DNA of 64,000 nt, from the NCBI GenBank assembly GCA_965222115.1, contig CBDCTJ010000007.1:576001-640000 (forward strand). Direction: 5' to 3'. Positions within the stretch are counted from its first letter, which is position 1. Every line of letters starts with the position of its first letter. This DNA is from Planctomycetota bacterium (GTDB lineage: Bacteria; Planctomycetota; PLA2; JAEUHO01). Shown here in pieces: positions 9,160 through 17,689 of the stretch. The position numbers and the translations under genes were made by a program. The notes under the pieces were generated by a model. That model had not been told where the DNA came from. It saw only the letters and a list, made by a program, of their open reading frames with translations, and searched no databases.

Positions 9160-10239
9160 CTACGAACCCTTTCCCTCCGGCAGGTCGGGGGGTGGGAGGA
9201 AACGATCCTGGGCGTGGCGCGCCGCCTCTTGCTCCGCCTCTTCCCATACAAGCTCCTCGTAGGCGCGCCTCCGTCGAACACGAAGTACGAAAAACCAAAT
9301 GGCCGAGAGGATCGCGAGCAACAGAAAGATCGTTTGCGTCAGGTCCTTGAAGAACAAATGAAACCAAGGGCGCGCCGTCTCTTTGGCATGCTGCTGCCAA
9401 CGCGATTCCCAATCACCCAATCGTTGGCCCGTAACACGGTGAATGGCGCGATCCAACCGTTCGGTGGCCCCGCCTGCGTCGCTATCACGGGACACATGGC
9501 GCAGCACATCGGCAACCTTGTGCCAACCCATGTCGGACGCCATGTATTCAACAAAACTCTTGCCCTGGGCATAAGCGAGCGCCGCGCTGGGTTCATCGCG
9601 TGGCCACGTCAATGCAATCTCCTCGAAGGGAATCAGATTGCTGGCCGCCGCACTGAGTTCCAAACGTGCGCCGCCATCCGCGGACAAGCCTCCGCCGATG
9701 GACTCACACAGCCCCTCTTCAAACCACCGGGGTAGTGCGCCGGATGCGCGCGGCCCCAGCACCCGCGCGGCCATACGATGCCAGGCTAAATGCACCCATT
9801 CATGGCGCAGTAGCGTGTGCAGTGTGCGAAACGGTGCCCCGTCATGGGCACGATCGCTGCGAATTACGACAAGCGAACGCGAGCCCACACAAACGCCACC
9901 CGCCCAAGCCGGAACCCCGGCTCCCACCACGGCTTGCATGCGGTCATGGCTGCCCACGACGTATACATGGGCCGGCCCACCCGCGAACGGCGACATCAGA
10001 CGTCGCTCCACATCGCGCTGGATCGTCGCGAGTGCTGCGACCACACGACGCCCGTCGGCTTTGCAATCGGCGTCGATGTAAACAAAATGGCCCTGGTCGG
10101 TGATGACGGGGCGACTGTGCGCACTGCCGCTCGTCGTCCCTAAGAATACACCCAAGAACACGCCCATCGCTATGACACGGGCGGCCCAACGAAGGCACTC
10201 GTTCGCTATTTGGCGAATGGAACCGTTACCACCGGGCAC
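9160..10239 (-). CDS. Peptidase MA-like zinc metallohydrolase, exported and C-terminally membrane-anchored; true start probably a little downstream
   Basis: LRHEWVH (HExxH) and PRWFEEGLCE (gluzincin third ligand); hydrophobic N- and C-terminal segments. Confidence 0.8.
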   Translation of the reverse strand: MPGGNGSIRQIANECLRWAARVIAMGVFLGVFLGTTSGSAHSRPVITDQGHFVYIDADCKADGRRVVAALATIQRDVERRLMSPFAGGPAHVYVVGSHDRMQAVVGAGVPAWAGGVCVGSRSLVVIRSDRAHDGAPFRTLHTLLRHEWVHLAWHRMAARVLGPRASGALPRWFEEGLCESIGGGLSADGGARLELSAAASNLIPFEEIALTWPRDEPSAALAYAQGKSFVEYMASDMGWHKVADVLRHVSRDSDAGGATERLDRAIHRVTGQRLGDWESRWQQHAKETARPWFHLFFKDLTQTIFLLLAILSAIWFFVLRVRRRRAYEELVWEEAEQEAARHAQDRFLPPPDLPEGKGS

Positions 10240-10643
10240 GTCGCTTTTCGAAGTACGCGTTCGGCCACGCTACCGAGTAACAAATGATCCAGTCGGCCGC
10301 GCCCATGCGTACCCATCACAATCGCGCCGGGTTGAATCTCGGTCAGTGCTTCCAAAATGCACGTAGCGGGACGACCCTCCCGCACGTCGACGCGCAATGC
10401 GGCACCTGAAAAGTCCTTCTTGTGTGCGCGCAACTTTTCTTCTGCCTGGCGCCTGTACTTTTCGATGTCCTTTCGATTGGGGTAGATGCCAAACGTCCCT
10501 TCGGTAACCGGCGACACCCATTCCACAACATGCAGCAAACACACGCTGCCCTCTGGGGCCAACACACGCTGTGCAACCGAAACCACAGCACCCGCAAGTT
10601 CCGAAAAGTCGAGGGGCACAAGGATGGACGAAAACCCCGTCAT
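10206..10643 (-). CDS. Universal stress protein (UspA family)
   Basis: ILVPLDFS, IVMGTHGR, LLGSVAERVLRKATCPV. Confidence 0.95.
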   Translation of the reverse strand: MTGFSSILVPLDFSELAGAVVSVAQRVLAPEGSVCLLHVVEWVSPVTEGTFGIYPNRKDIEKYRRQAEEKLRAHKKDFSGAALRVDVREGRPATCILEALTEIQPGAIVMGTHGRGRLDHLLLGSVAERVLRKATCPVVTVPFAK

Positions 10644-12484
10644 GACGAACGCCTCGAGCCCGCCTTGGAGGGGCGCGGCGTCACGACGGAATCGCCTTGC
10701 ATAACACGCCGTCCGTTTAGAAACGCCGCCACGTTCATGGTGCGACCGCCAGCGGCCTTCAACCGTTCAATACGGATCACGCCCGGCGCGCACGCGACAT
10801 CGATCCCCTGCTTCGAAACGCCAACAACGGTTCCAGGGGCCACGGCATCGCCTAGCGTATCGGATTCGGTGTTCAAAACGGTCGCCTTTACGATCACAAT
10901 CGGCAGGGGTTCGTGTCGCACGCGCGGTTGCCATGCCGATTGCGCACCCGGCCACGCTGTGACGGAACGAATGTGATTCAACACGTCCGTTGCCGGTTGG
11001 TTCCAGTGAACGATACCGTCGCGCTTCTCTAGCTTGGACGCATACGTCGCTTGCGCGTGATCTTGGGGCGTGGGAATCAGTTCGCCGCGCATATAGGGCG
11101 GCACCACATCCACCAATAGGGTGGCACCCACAACGGCGAGACGCTCGCGAACCTCATCCCGCGTTTCATTGCCCTGCAACCGAATACCGCGTATGCCAAG
11201 TACCGGACCGTGGTCCATCTTCTTGTCCATCTGAAAGACGGTCACACCCACGTCAACATCGCCCGCCCGAAGCGCCCCCGCGACGGGACTCGCCCCGCGA
11301 TGCTTCGGAAGCAAACTCGCATGCACATTGATGCACCCGTGCGTGGGCGCCGCCAAAACCGCAGGCAGAAGTTTCTGCCCAAACCCCACCGTGATGATCA
11401 AATCGGCGCGGGCGACTTCGAGTTCGCGCATCGATACACGACCATTGATGTCTGCAGTGCGATGCAGCGGCACCTGCAATTGTTCCGCGGCCACCGCCAG
11501 CGGCACCTGCTGCATGCGCCGACCGCGCCCCGATCGGCGTGGTGGTGGCGTAACGACCAATCGCGGTGTGAGCCCCGCGCCACACAACGCCTGCAAACTG
11601 GGCACCGCAAACGCCGGAGAACCCATCATCACAATGCGAGGGCCGCCATCGGTTTCATCGACCACGGGACGATCAAGGGCCTCAGCAACAGCACGCGCAC
11701 CGTGGGGCGTCGGTCCAGTAGCGGATTCGTTGCCGTCCGCGGTTGCACTCGCTTCTGTGCCGTCGTCAACAGGGGCTAACTCAATGTGGATATCGCCCAG
11801 GCCATCCTGCGTCGCACGAATCCGTCGCAGCTTCATGAGCTCAAGCAGCGCGAGAAACGCGCCAATCACGTACGAGCGATCACGCTCGGCATACAGCAGA
11901 TCGCGGAACCGAATGCGCCCTTGCAACTCGGTGAGCCGGTCAAAGATCTGCCCCACAAAATGCGTAATGGGCAGGCGCTCTTTCGCCATCGCCACGTGCG
12001 CGTCGTCGCCGGTTTCGGCAAGCAAACGTTGAAAGGCGGCCACCAGCCCAAAGAGATCCAATTCGAGTTCGTCGTCGGGTAGCGGAGGCGGTGCGCCCTT
12101 CGCGGGTGTAACGCGTACCGGGTTGCGCCGATGTTGCTCATGGCGCCGTGCATCCAATTCCACCGAAATGGATTTGAAATCGCGGTACTCAAGCAGTTGG
12201 CGGACCAAATCCAGGCGCGGATCAATGTCCTCCAACTCAAGCGTTTCATCGCGCGGCAACAATGCGCGCGACTTGAGCACCATCAGTTGCGAGGCCATCA
12301 CCAAAAACTCGCCCGCCCGGTCCACATCGAGTTGATGCACCTCGCGTTTGCATGCGTCGAGAAATCGATCTGCAATCCGTGCAATGGGGACCTCAAAAAC
12401 GTCTACCTCTTCTTGCTGCACCAAATACAGCAAGAGGTCGAGCGGTCCCTGGAATGCGGCGAGATCGACCCGCAACTCGTCCAT
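10640..12484 (-). CDS. scpA-fmt: Fusion of segregation/condensation protein ScpA (N-terminal) and methionyl-tRNA formyltransferase Fmt (C-terminal)
   Basis: ScpA: FQGPLDLLLYLV, AGEFLVMASQLMVLKSRALLP, FLALLELMK. Fmt: RIVMMGSPAFAVPSL, INVHASLLPKHRGASPV, MDHGPV, ATYASKLEKRDG. One uninterrupted frame. Confidence 0.88.
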   Translation of the reverse strand: MDELRVDLAAFQGPLDLLLYLVQQEEVDVFEVPIARIADRFLDACKREVHQLDVDRAGEFLVMASQLMVLKSRALLPRDETLELEDIDPRLDLVRQLLEYRDFKSISVELDARRHEQHRRNPVRVTPAKGAPPPLPDDELELDLFGLVAAFQRLLAETGDDAHVAMAKERLPITHFVGQIFDRLTELQGRIRFRDLLYAERDRSYVIGAFLALLELMKLRRIRATQDGLGDIHIELAPVDDGTEASATADGNESATGPTPHGARAVAEALDRPVVDETDGGPRIVMMGSPAFAVPSLQALCGAGLTPRLVVTPPPRRSGRGRRMQQVPLAVAAEQLQVPLHRTADINGRVSMRELEVARADLIITVGFGQKLLPAVLAAPTHGCINVHASLLPKHRGASPVAGALRAGDVDVGVTVFQMDKKMDHGPVLGIRGIRLQGNETRDEVRERLAVVGATLLVDVVPPYMRGELIPTPQDHAQATYASKLEKRDGIVHWNQPATDVLNHIRSVTAWPGAQSAWQPRVRHEPLPIVIVKATVLNTESDTLGDAVAPGTVVGVSKQGIDVACAPGVIRIERLKAAGGRTMNVAAFLNGRRVMQGDSVVTPRPSKAGSRRSS

Positions 12485-12669
12485 TGTGGGGCTCCTTCGG
12501 ACGACGGACGCCGTCATCCGGTATGCCCCGCACCTTACTCGGGGCTTTCACTGAACCCGGATCATTCATGAACGGGGTTGCATCGCCCGATTCACACCGG
12601 GTTCGTGCCATGGCGGGCTAGAATCTCGGGTGAACTGGGCGCACCGAACGCGCCACGTGGATACGTCCC

Positions 12670-13257
12670 ATGATGCAGGCCGAACCCGAGTCCAGCGCGA
12701 ATCCGACATCCATGCCTTCGATCCGACTCTTCGTCATGGATGTTGACGGCACATTGACCGACGGGCGCATCCGAATCGGCAACGACGGCTGCGATGAGAA
12801 GGTGTTCCACGCCCACGACGGCGCGGGGATTGCGCTTCTACGCTGCATAGGTATCGAGCCCGCCATTGCAAGCGGGCGTACCAGCAAAGCAGCGACTCGG
12901 CGCGCGCGCGAACTCGGTATCGAACGCGTGGCCCAGGGCGTACGTGACAAGGCGGGCCTCCTTTCACGCTGGTGCGAAGACCTCAAGATCACCACCCGAC
13001 AGGCCGCGTTCATGGGCGATGATCTGGGTGACGCCGCGGCCATGCTACGCGCGGGCTATGGCGCAGCGCCCGCGGGCGCCGTGATGCAAGCCAAGCAGGC
13101 CGCTACGTTCGTGTGCTCCCGAAACGGCGGCGACGGTGCGGTGCGAGAGGCCATCGAGGACCTCATTACACGATTGAATGGTTGGCCCGACGTCTTGCAA
13201 CATTACGGACTCCCCGCAACGCACGTCACGCCATCCCATGAGGCGGTACAAGCATGA
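12670..13257 (+). CDS. kdsC: KDO-8-phosphate phosphatase (HAD family, KdsC/YrbI)
   Basis: MDVDGTLTDG, DGAGI, FMGDDLGD, GGDGAVRE. Confidence 0.88.
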   Translation: MMQAEPESSANPTSMPSIRLFVMDVDGTLTDGRIRIGNDGCDEKVFHAHDGAGIALLRCIGIEPAIASGRTSKAATRRARELGIERVAQGVRDKAGLLSRWCEDLKITTRQAAFMGDDLGDAAAMLRAGYGAAPAGAVMQAKQAATFVCSRNGGDGAVREAIEDLITRLNGWPDVLQHYGLPATHVTPSHEAVQA

Positions 13258-16200
13258 AACGCGTACTCGTCTTTTTGTGCTTGGCCGCGGTGGGAAGCGC
13301 CATCCTGATTCACCGTGCGGGCGGTCTACAACACGACACGCCCATGGAGGATGACGACCCGCGCATTCGAACGCGCTCCGGCGAAGTGCCCGACACGCCC
13401 ATGTCGCTTTCCGATATCGACGGCCCACCGGTCAACTTTGGCCTCACGCGCGGCAGCGTGGTGCTCGCTCCCTCAGAGCGTGTGGCGTGGGTGGATCCGA
13501 TGACCGGCGAGCAAGTCGTGCTCCCCAACTTTTTCAAATGGCGCTTTTCCGCCGATCACGTCGATCAGAGCTCGGTTCGTCCCGTCAACGTCGAACATCA
13601 ATCGGTGGAATGCAGAAATGTCGTGGTGGACCTCTATCGGTTGCCGCGCACGCTGGACGAGGCCAAAGCGTGGCAAGAGCACGGCGACCTCAACGCCCTA
13701 CTCGACAAGCAGATCGTCGCTGCGCGCGCCCACGCGCAAGGGTCCATGGCCACGCAACTGCGCTCGTCGATGCCCAAGTCTGAACGACCGGTACGCGGCG
13801 TGAGTCAGAACACCTCGATTCGGCTCTACGAGAGCGTAGTCATTCATGATCGAACCGAAGGCTTTCAGGTCCAAGGCAAGGAGGTCACGGTGTGGCCAGC
13901 GCAACACCGCCTAACCGGTCGCGGCCGGTTCGTGGTCACGCACCAGTCCTTGCTGCTAACCGGCGACGGCCTTCAGATGGACCGCGACAAGGAGGGGTGG
14001 TGGCGCCTGGAGGTTCGTAAGAACCCGGAGTTCCGCGTCAAAAAGACGTCAGGTGAGTCCAACGCAAAGCTCTTTGGCGGGTTGAGTACCGATTCGCTCG
14101 AACCCAGTCGAGTGCGCTCCGAAGGACCGGTCGTTATTGTTCGCAAAGACGGTCGCCGTGAATCTCGGCTCAAGATCACCTTTCCCGATGTCGTGCACGT
14201 GGAACACGCTGACGGGAAATCACTGCGTGCGGGCGCGCTCAACCTGGTTGCGGTTCGTCCCGCGGACGCTACGGAATCTGCCGAGTGGAACTTGCGCGAT
14301 TTGAAGGCCAGCAAGGGCGTTGACGTCGAGTACCCCGATACCACGCCTAAAGGTGCGCCGTTGTTGGCGTCGGTCAAGGCCGAGTCACTCATTCACCAGA
14401 TTCCTCGCGACGGCTCGCCGAGCCGTACAGAACTTGTGGGCCGGCCATCGTTGGTGATTCGTGGGCAACTGCCGCTGGGCTTTGTGCGCAGCGAACACGA
14501 CCGATTGCACGTCTCGTGTCATGGGCGTGCGTGGATTGACGCCGTGCGTACGGCGCCCGAAGGCGTAGATCTCCCCCTCCAACGCCTGCGAATCATTTCG
14601 CTTCGAGGCGGTGCGCGCCTGGAACGGCATAGCAAATCCGAACGCGCCGGCGTCGCAAAAGCCCTCTTTGCAGAGGACACGATCGATGCCGACGAAATGG
14701 ACCTGTTGGTATTTATCCCAAAGAAACAAGAACGCACGACGTCAACCAACGCCTCGCCCATTCGCGACGTGACCGCCGTGGAGTTTATCGCGCGCGGCAA
14801 TGTTCGGCTCAGCGGAACCCGCGTTGAAGGCGCAACCGATCGCATTGTTGCTAAGCAACTCCATACGCACGCGCCCCATGTGTACGCCCAGGGCAACGGC
14901 GCACATTACTCCTTTCCCGATATTCCCCCCACGCAACGCTTCGCCAAAGGCACGAAGCGCGACGCGCACGCCTCGCCCCCCGCTGATACGCGCGTGGAGC
15001 AAGCCCCAAGGCGTTTGACGTGGTTGTTTCATACGGTGTTGGCCGAGGGCGCCGTCGAAATTCGAACCGAGGGTGCGGGTCCTGCCATTGGGCTTCAAAC
15101 CCATACCCATGCGGGCCGGATCTACCACGATCACTCGCGCGGCGTGACGTCGATTGAAGGCACCTCGGCGCGCCCGGCGGACATCCGCGTGGACTCCACC
15201 ACAGGACGCGAACACCGCCTGCAGGCCCGCCGCATCGTCATGGATCAAGTGGCCGGAACGTGGGTCGCCGACGGAGGCGTTGAAGGTGACCTCTACATGG
15301 CCGAGGGTCGGCCCGGAACGCCCATTCAACCGCGCACGAATGTGGACGACGCACCGCTCACGCTGACCATTCATACAGATGAGCGCATTGACTTGTATCT
15401 CGCGCGCAAGACCGAAACGTGGACACCCGACATGGATGCGCGTCAACGGGTTGTCATCGCCGGCCCGCTGCGCGCAGAACTCACTGGACGCAACCGCGTC
15501 GTGGATCAACTGCGAGCCGATCGCGTGGAACTCACGTTGCGCCCATCCCTTGGTGGGCGTTCAAGAAACGGAGCGCGTTCGCGAAACGCAGGTGCCCGTC
15601 GCCCCGGACGCGGTGTCGCGCGTGCGCGCTCGTCTACGGGCGAGTCTGAGCCTGCGTCCACGTCGTCATCGCGAAACATCACACGCCGAAGTGCTACCAC
15701 AAAGGCGCCCACGCACATTCGCGTAAAGGCGAGGCGATTGACTGCGTATGGCGATGGCGCCGAGATTCGTTCGCTGGAGGCCGAAGAGGCGGTATCGCTG
15801 CGCGGCGACATGGGTCACCTCACAGGACACGCACTGGATGTTGATTTGGTGGGTCGCACCGCACGTCTAACCGGCAAGCCGGCGTCCGTAAGCCCCGCGC
15901 GCGCCTACCTGGGCAAGCGCCAAGAACCCGCCGACATCGCCGCCAAGTCCTTTGCGCTTACATGGTCTCGCGATACACAAAAGCCGACCGGCCTGCGTGC
16001 CACGTCCTATACGACCGGCCCTTCGCGGATACGGTTCTCGCGGCCCGTGAAGAAGGGCGGCGGTCGGGAACGCATTACGATTTTCTATTCTGGCACGATT
16101 GACGCGACCAATACCCACATGCGTTTTGGCAAGGTCAAAGTCATTCGCGAACTCTTGACGGCCACAGGTAGGCGACGCGGTCGTCGTGCGGAGCTGCGTG

Positions 16201-16514
16201 CCCCCACACTCGAAATCGCGGGTACGCAACTGTTGGGGACGAGAAATCGTGAAATCACCACGATTACCGCCGCTGGGGAACCCACGTATTTCACGACGAC
16301 GCTCAAAGCCGGCAAGGCCGACGTGTGGGCGGAACGCGCAGTGTATGACCTTCGCTCCGGAGACGTTCGGTTGGACGCACGAAACGGACGCGACGTGCAA
16401 ATTCGCATCGGCGAATCCACGCGACCGAGCCGCCTTCCCTCGATATCCATCAATCTTATGAACGGTACAACGAGCGCAGAAGGCGGCGCCGACATCGTCA
16501 TTCAGCCGCGATAG
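13254..16514 (+). CDS. Large membrane-anchored periplasmic beta-rich protein, possibly LptC/LptA (OstA)-like repeats
   Basis: N-terminal hydrophobic anchor; recurring beta-jellyroll-like motifs (ARGNVRL, AEGAVEI, ADGGVEG, AEEAVSL, AERAVYD); overlaps kdsC, as lptC/lptA normally follow kdsC. Confidence 0.55.
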   Translation: MKRVLVFLCLAAVGSAILIHRAGGLQHDTPMEDDDPRIRTRSGEVPDTPMSLSDIDGPPVNFGLTRGSVVLAPSERVAWVDPMTGEQVVLPNFFKWRFSADHVDQSSVRPVNVEHQSVECRNVVVDLYRLPRTLDEAKAWQEHGDLNALLDKQIVAARAHAQGSMATQLRSSMPKSERPVRGVSQNTSIRLYESVVIHDRTEGFQVQGKEVTVWPAQHRLTGRGRFVVTHQSLLLTGDGLQMDRDKEGWWRLEVRKNPEFRVKKTSGESNAKLFGGLSTDSLEPSRVRSEGPVVIVRKDGRRESRLKITFPDVVHVEHADGKSLRAGALNLVAVRPADATESAEWNLRDLKASKGVDVEYPDTTPKGAPLLASVKAESLIHQIPRDGSPSRTELVGRPSLVIRGQLPLGFVRSEHDRLHVSCHGRAWIDAVRTAPEGVDLPLQRLRIISLRGGARLERHSKSERAGVAKALFAEDTIDADEMDLLVFIPKKQERTTSTNASPIRDVTAVEFIARGNVRLSGTRVEGATDRIVAKQLHTHAPHVYAQGNGAHYSFPDIPPTQRFAKGTKRDAHASPPADTRVEQAPRRLTWLFHTVLAEGAVEIRTEGAGPAIGLQTHTHAGRIYHDHSRGVTSIEGTSARPADIRVDSTTGREHRLQARRIVMDQVAGTWVADGGVEGDLYMAEGRPGTPIQPRTNVDDAPLTLTIHTDERIDLYLARKTETWTPDMDARQRVVIAGPLRAELTGRNRVVDQLRADRVELTLRPSLGGRSRNGARSRNAGARRPGRGVARARSSTGESEPASTSSSRNITRRSATTKAPTHIRVKARRLTAYGDGAEIRSLEAEEAVSLRGDMGHLTGHALDVDLVGRTARLTGKPASVSPARAYLGKRQEPADIAAKSFALTWSRDTQKPTGLRATSYTTGPSRIRFSRPVKKGGGRERITIFYSGTIDATNTHMRFGKVKVIRELLTATGRRRGRRAELRAPTLEIAGTQLLGTRNREITTITAAGEPTYFTTTLKAGKADVWAERAVYDLRSGDVRLDARNGRDVQIRIGESTRPSRLPSISINLMNGTTSAEGGADIVIQPR

Positions 16515-16524
16515 AAGGACGTTC

Positions 16525-17004
16525 ATGATGGGCCCCGCCTGCAGCGCATTGCTTTGCTTGCCCCCGAGCACGGTTGCATTCATGACGCCGGGCTGGATGG
16601 AGCTGTTGGTCATCGCAACGCTCGCGCTACTAGTATGGGGCGGCGACTTGCCCGATGTCATGCGCAGCCTGGGGCGCGCCTACGGCAAACTACGTGGAAG
16701 CGTGTCCGAGTTTTCACGGCCCGTGCGTGATGAAGTCGAACGTGTCAAACGATCCGCGCGCGATTCGCTCACAACGCGCGTGAATACGACCTCGGGCACG
16801 CCTCCTACGCGATCCACGAACGACGCCGCGGTTGACTCACCGACGACCGCTGATACGCCACGCTACGAGGACGAGGAGGATGCGCTTCTTGACCCCGATG
16901 GGGAATACACGCTCGATGCCTCCCACGACGGACACCCGCAAGACGAAGAACTCGACACTGATTCACGTGAGAACGACTTTGATGACGATCCGCCGTTTGT
17001 TTGA
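16525..17004 (+). CDS. Twin-arginine translocase TatA/TatB-family subunit
   Basis: GWMELLVIATLALLVWGGDLPDVMRSLGRAYGKLR (TM, hinge, amphipathic helix) followed by an acidic tail. Confidence 0.8.
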   Translation: MMGPACSALLCLPPSTVAFMTPGWMELLVIATLALLVWGGDLPDVMRSLGRAYGKLRGSVSEFSRPVRDEVERVKRSARDSLTTRVNTTSGTPPTRSTNDAAVDSPTTADTPRYEDEEDALLDPDGEYTLDASHDGHPQDEELDTDSRENDFDDDPPFV

Positions 17005-17036
17005 CGAGAACCAAACAGCGCTCTCGCACCCCCGCG

Positions 17037-17567
17037 CTATTTCGATTCGCTGATTTCGCGCAAGACGCGTTCGTCGCCGGCCTCAAAGATGTTCTGCCAA
17101 CTGTCGTCCTTCTTTGCGTCTACCAAGCTGACATGGTCACGAATCAGTCGGCCGAGCTCATCGCCCAAGGTGGTAAAGAAGAAAATGGAATCGCCGCAGT
17201 GCCTAACGAGTTCTGCGACACAAGCGCGCGATGGCGGTTCACTGACAACAAATGTCCACGTGGCGCCGAACTTGCCAACAGGAAATACACGATGCTCGTG
17301 AAGAACGGTTCCGGGGACACTGCTCACCAACTCCGCATCGACGTTTAGGTCGATCACGGGAATGACAGGCATTTGATAGTTTGCGGACACCAAGCGCGTG
17401 AGCTCGTAGTGGCTCAAAAATCCGGCATCCACCACGACACCACCAAGGGGTTCGCTGTTTTCTTCGGCCGACGTCGCCAACTCATCGGCCTGCTCGGCCG
17501 TCAAGATGCCTTGCCCGACGAAAACGTCGCGCAAACTGCGTCGGAAATAGCGGTCGTATTTGTCCAT
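17037..17567 (-). CDS. Stand-alone MshEN/T2SSE N-terminal domain protein
   Basis: SLRDVFVGQGILTAEQADE...PLGGVVVDAGFLS resembles the tandem MshEN repeat; HEHRVFPV as in the GspE/PilB N-domain; no ATPase domain. Confidence 0.65.
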   Translation of the reverse strand: MDKYDRYFRRSLRDVFVGQGILTAEQADELATSAEENSEPLGGVVVDAGFLSHYELTRLVSANYQMPVIPVIDLNVDAELVSSVPGTVLHEHRVFPVGKFGATWTFVVSEPPSRACVAELVRHCGDSIFFFTTLGDELGRLIRDHVSLVDAKKDDSWQNIFEAGDERVLREISESK

Positions 17568-17689
17568 CCGGGTCAACTCCAGGCTCCTATCGACCTGTCG
17601 CATGGACGGATGAACGTCAATTCCGAACCTAACTAGACACCATCAATCGATGTCAAGGCCTGGCCATCTTGAATCCTGGGTTACGCCAC

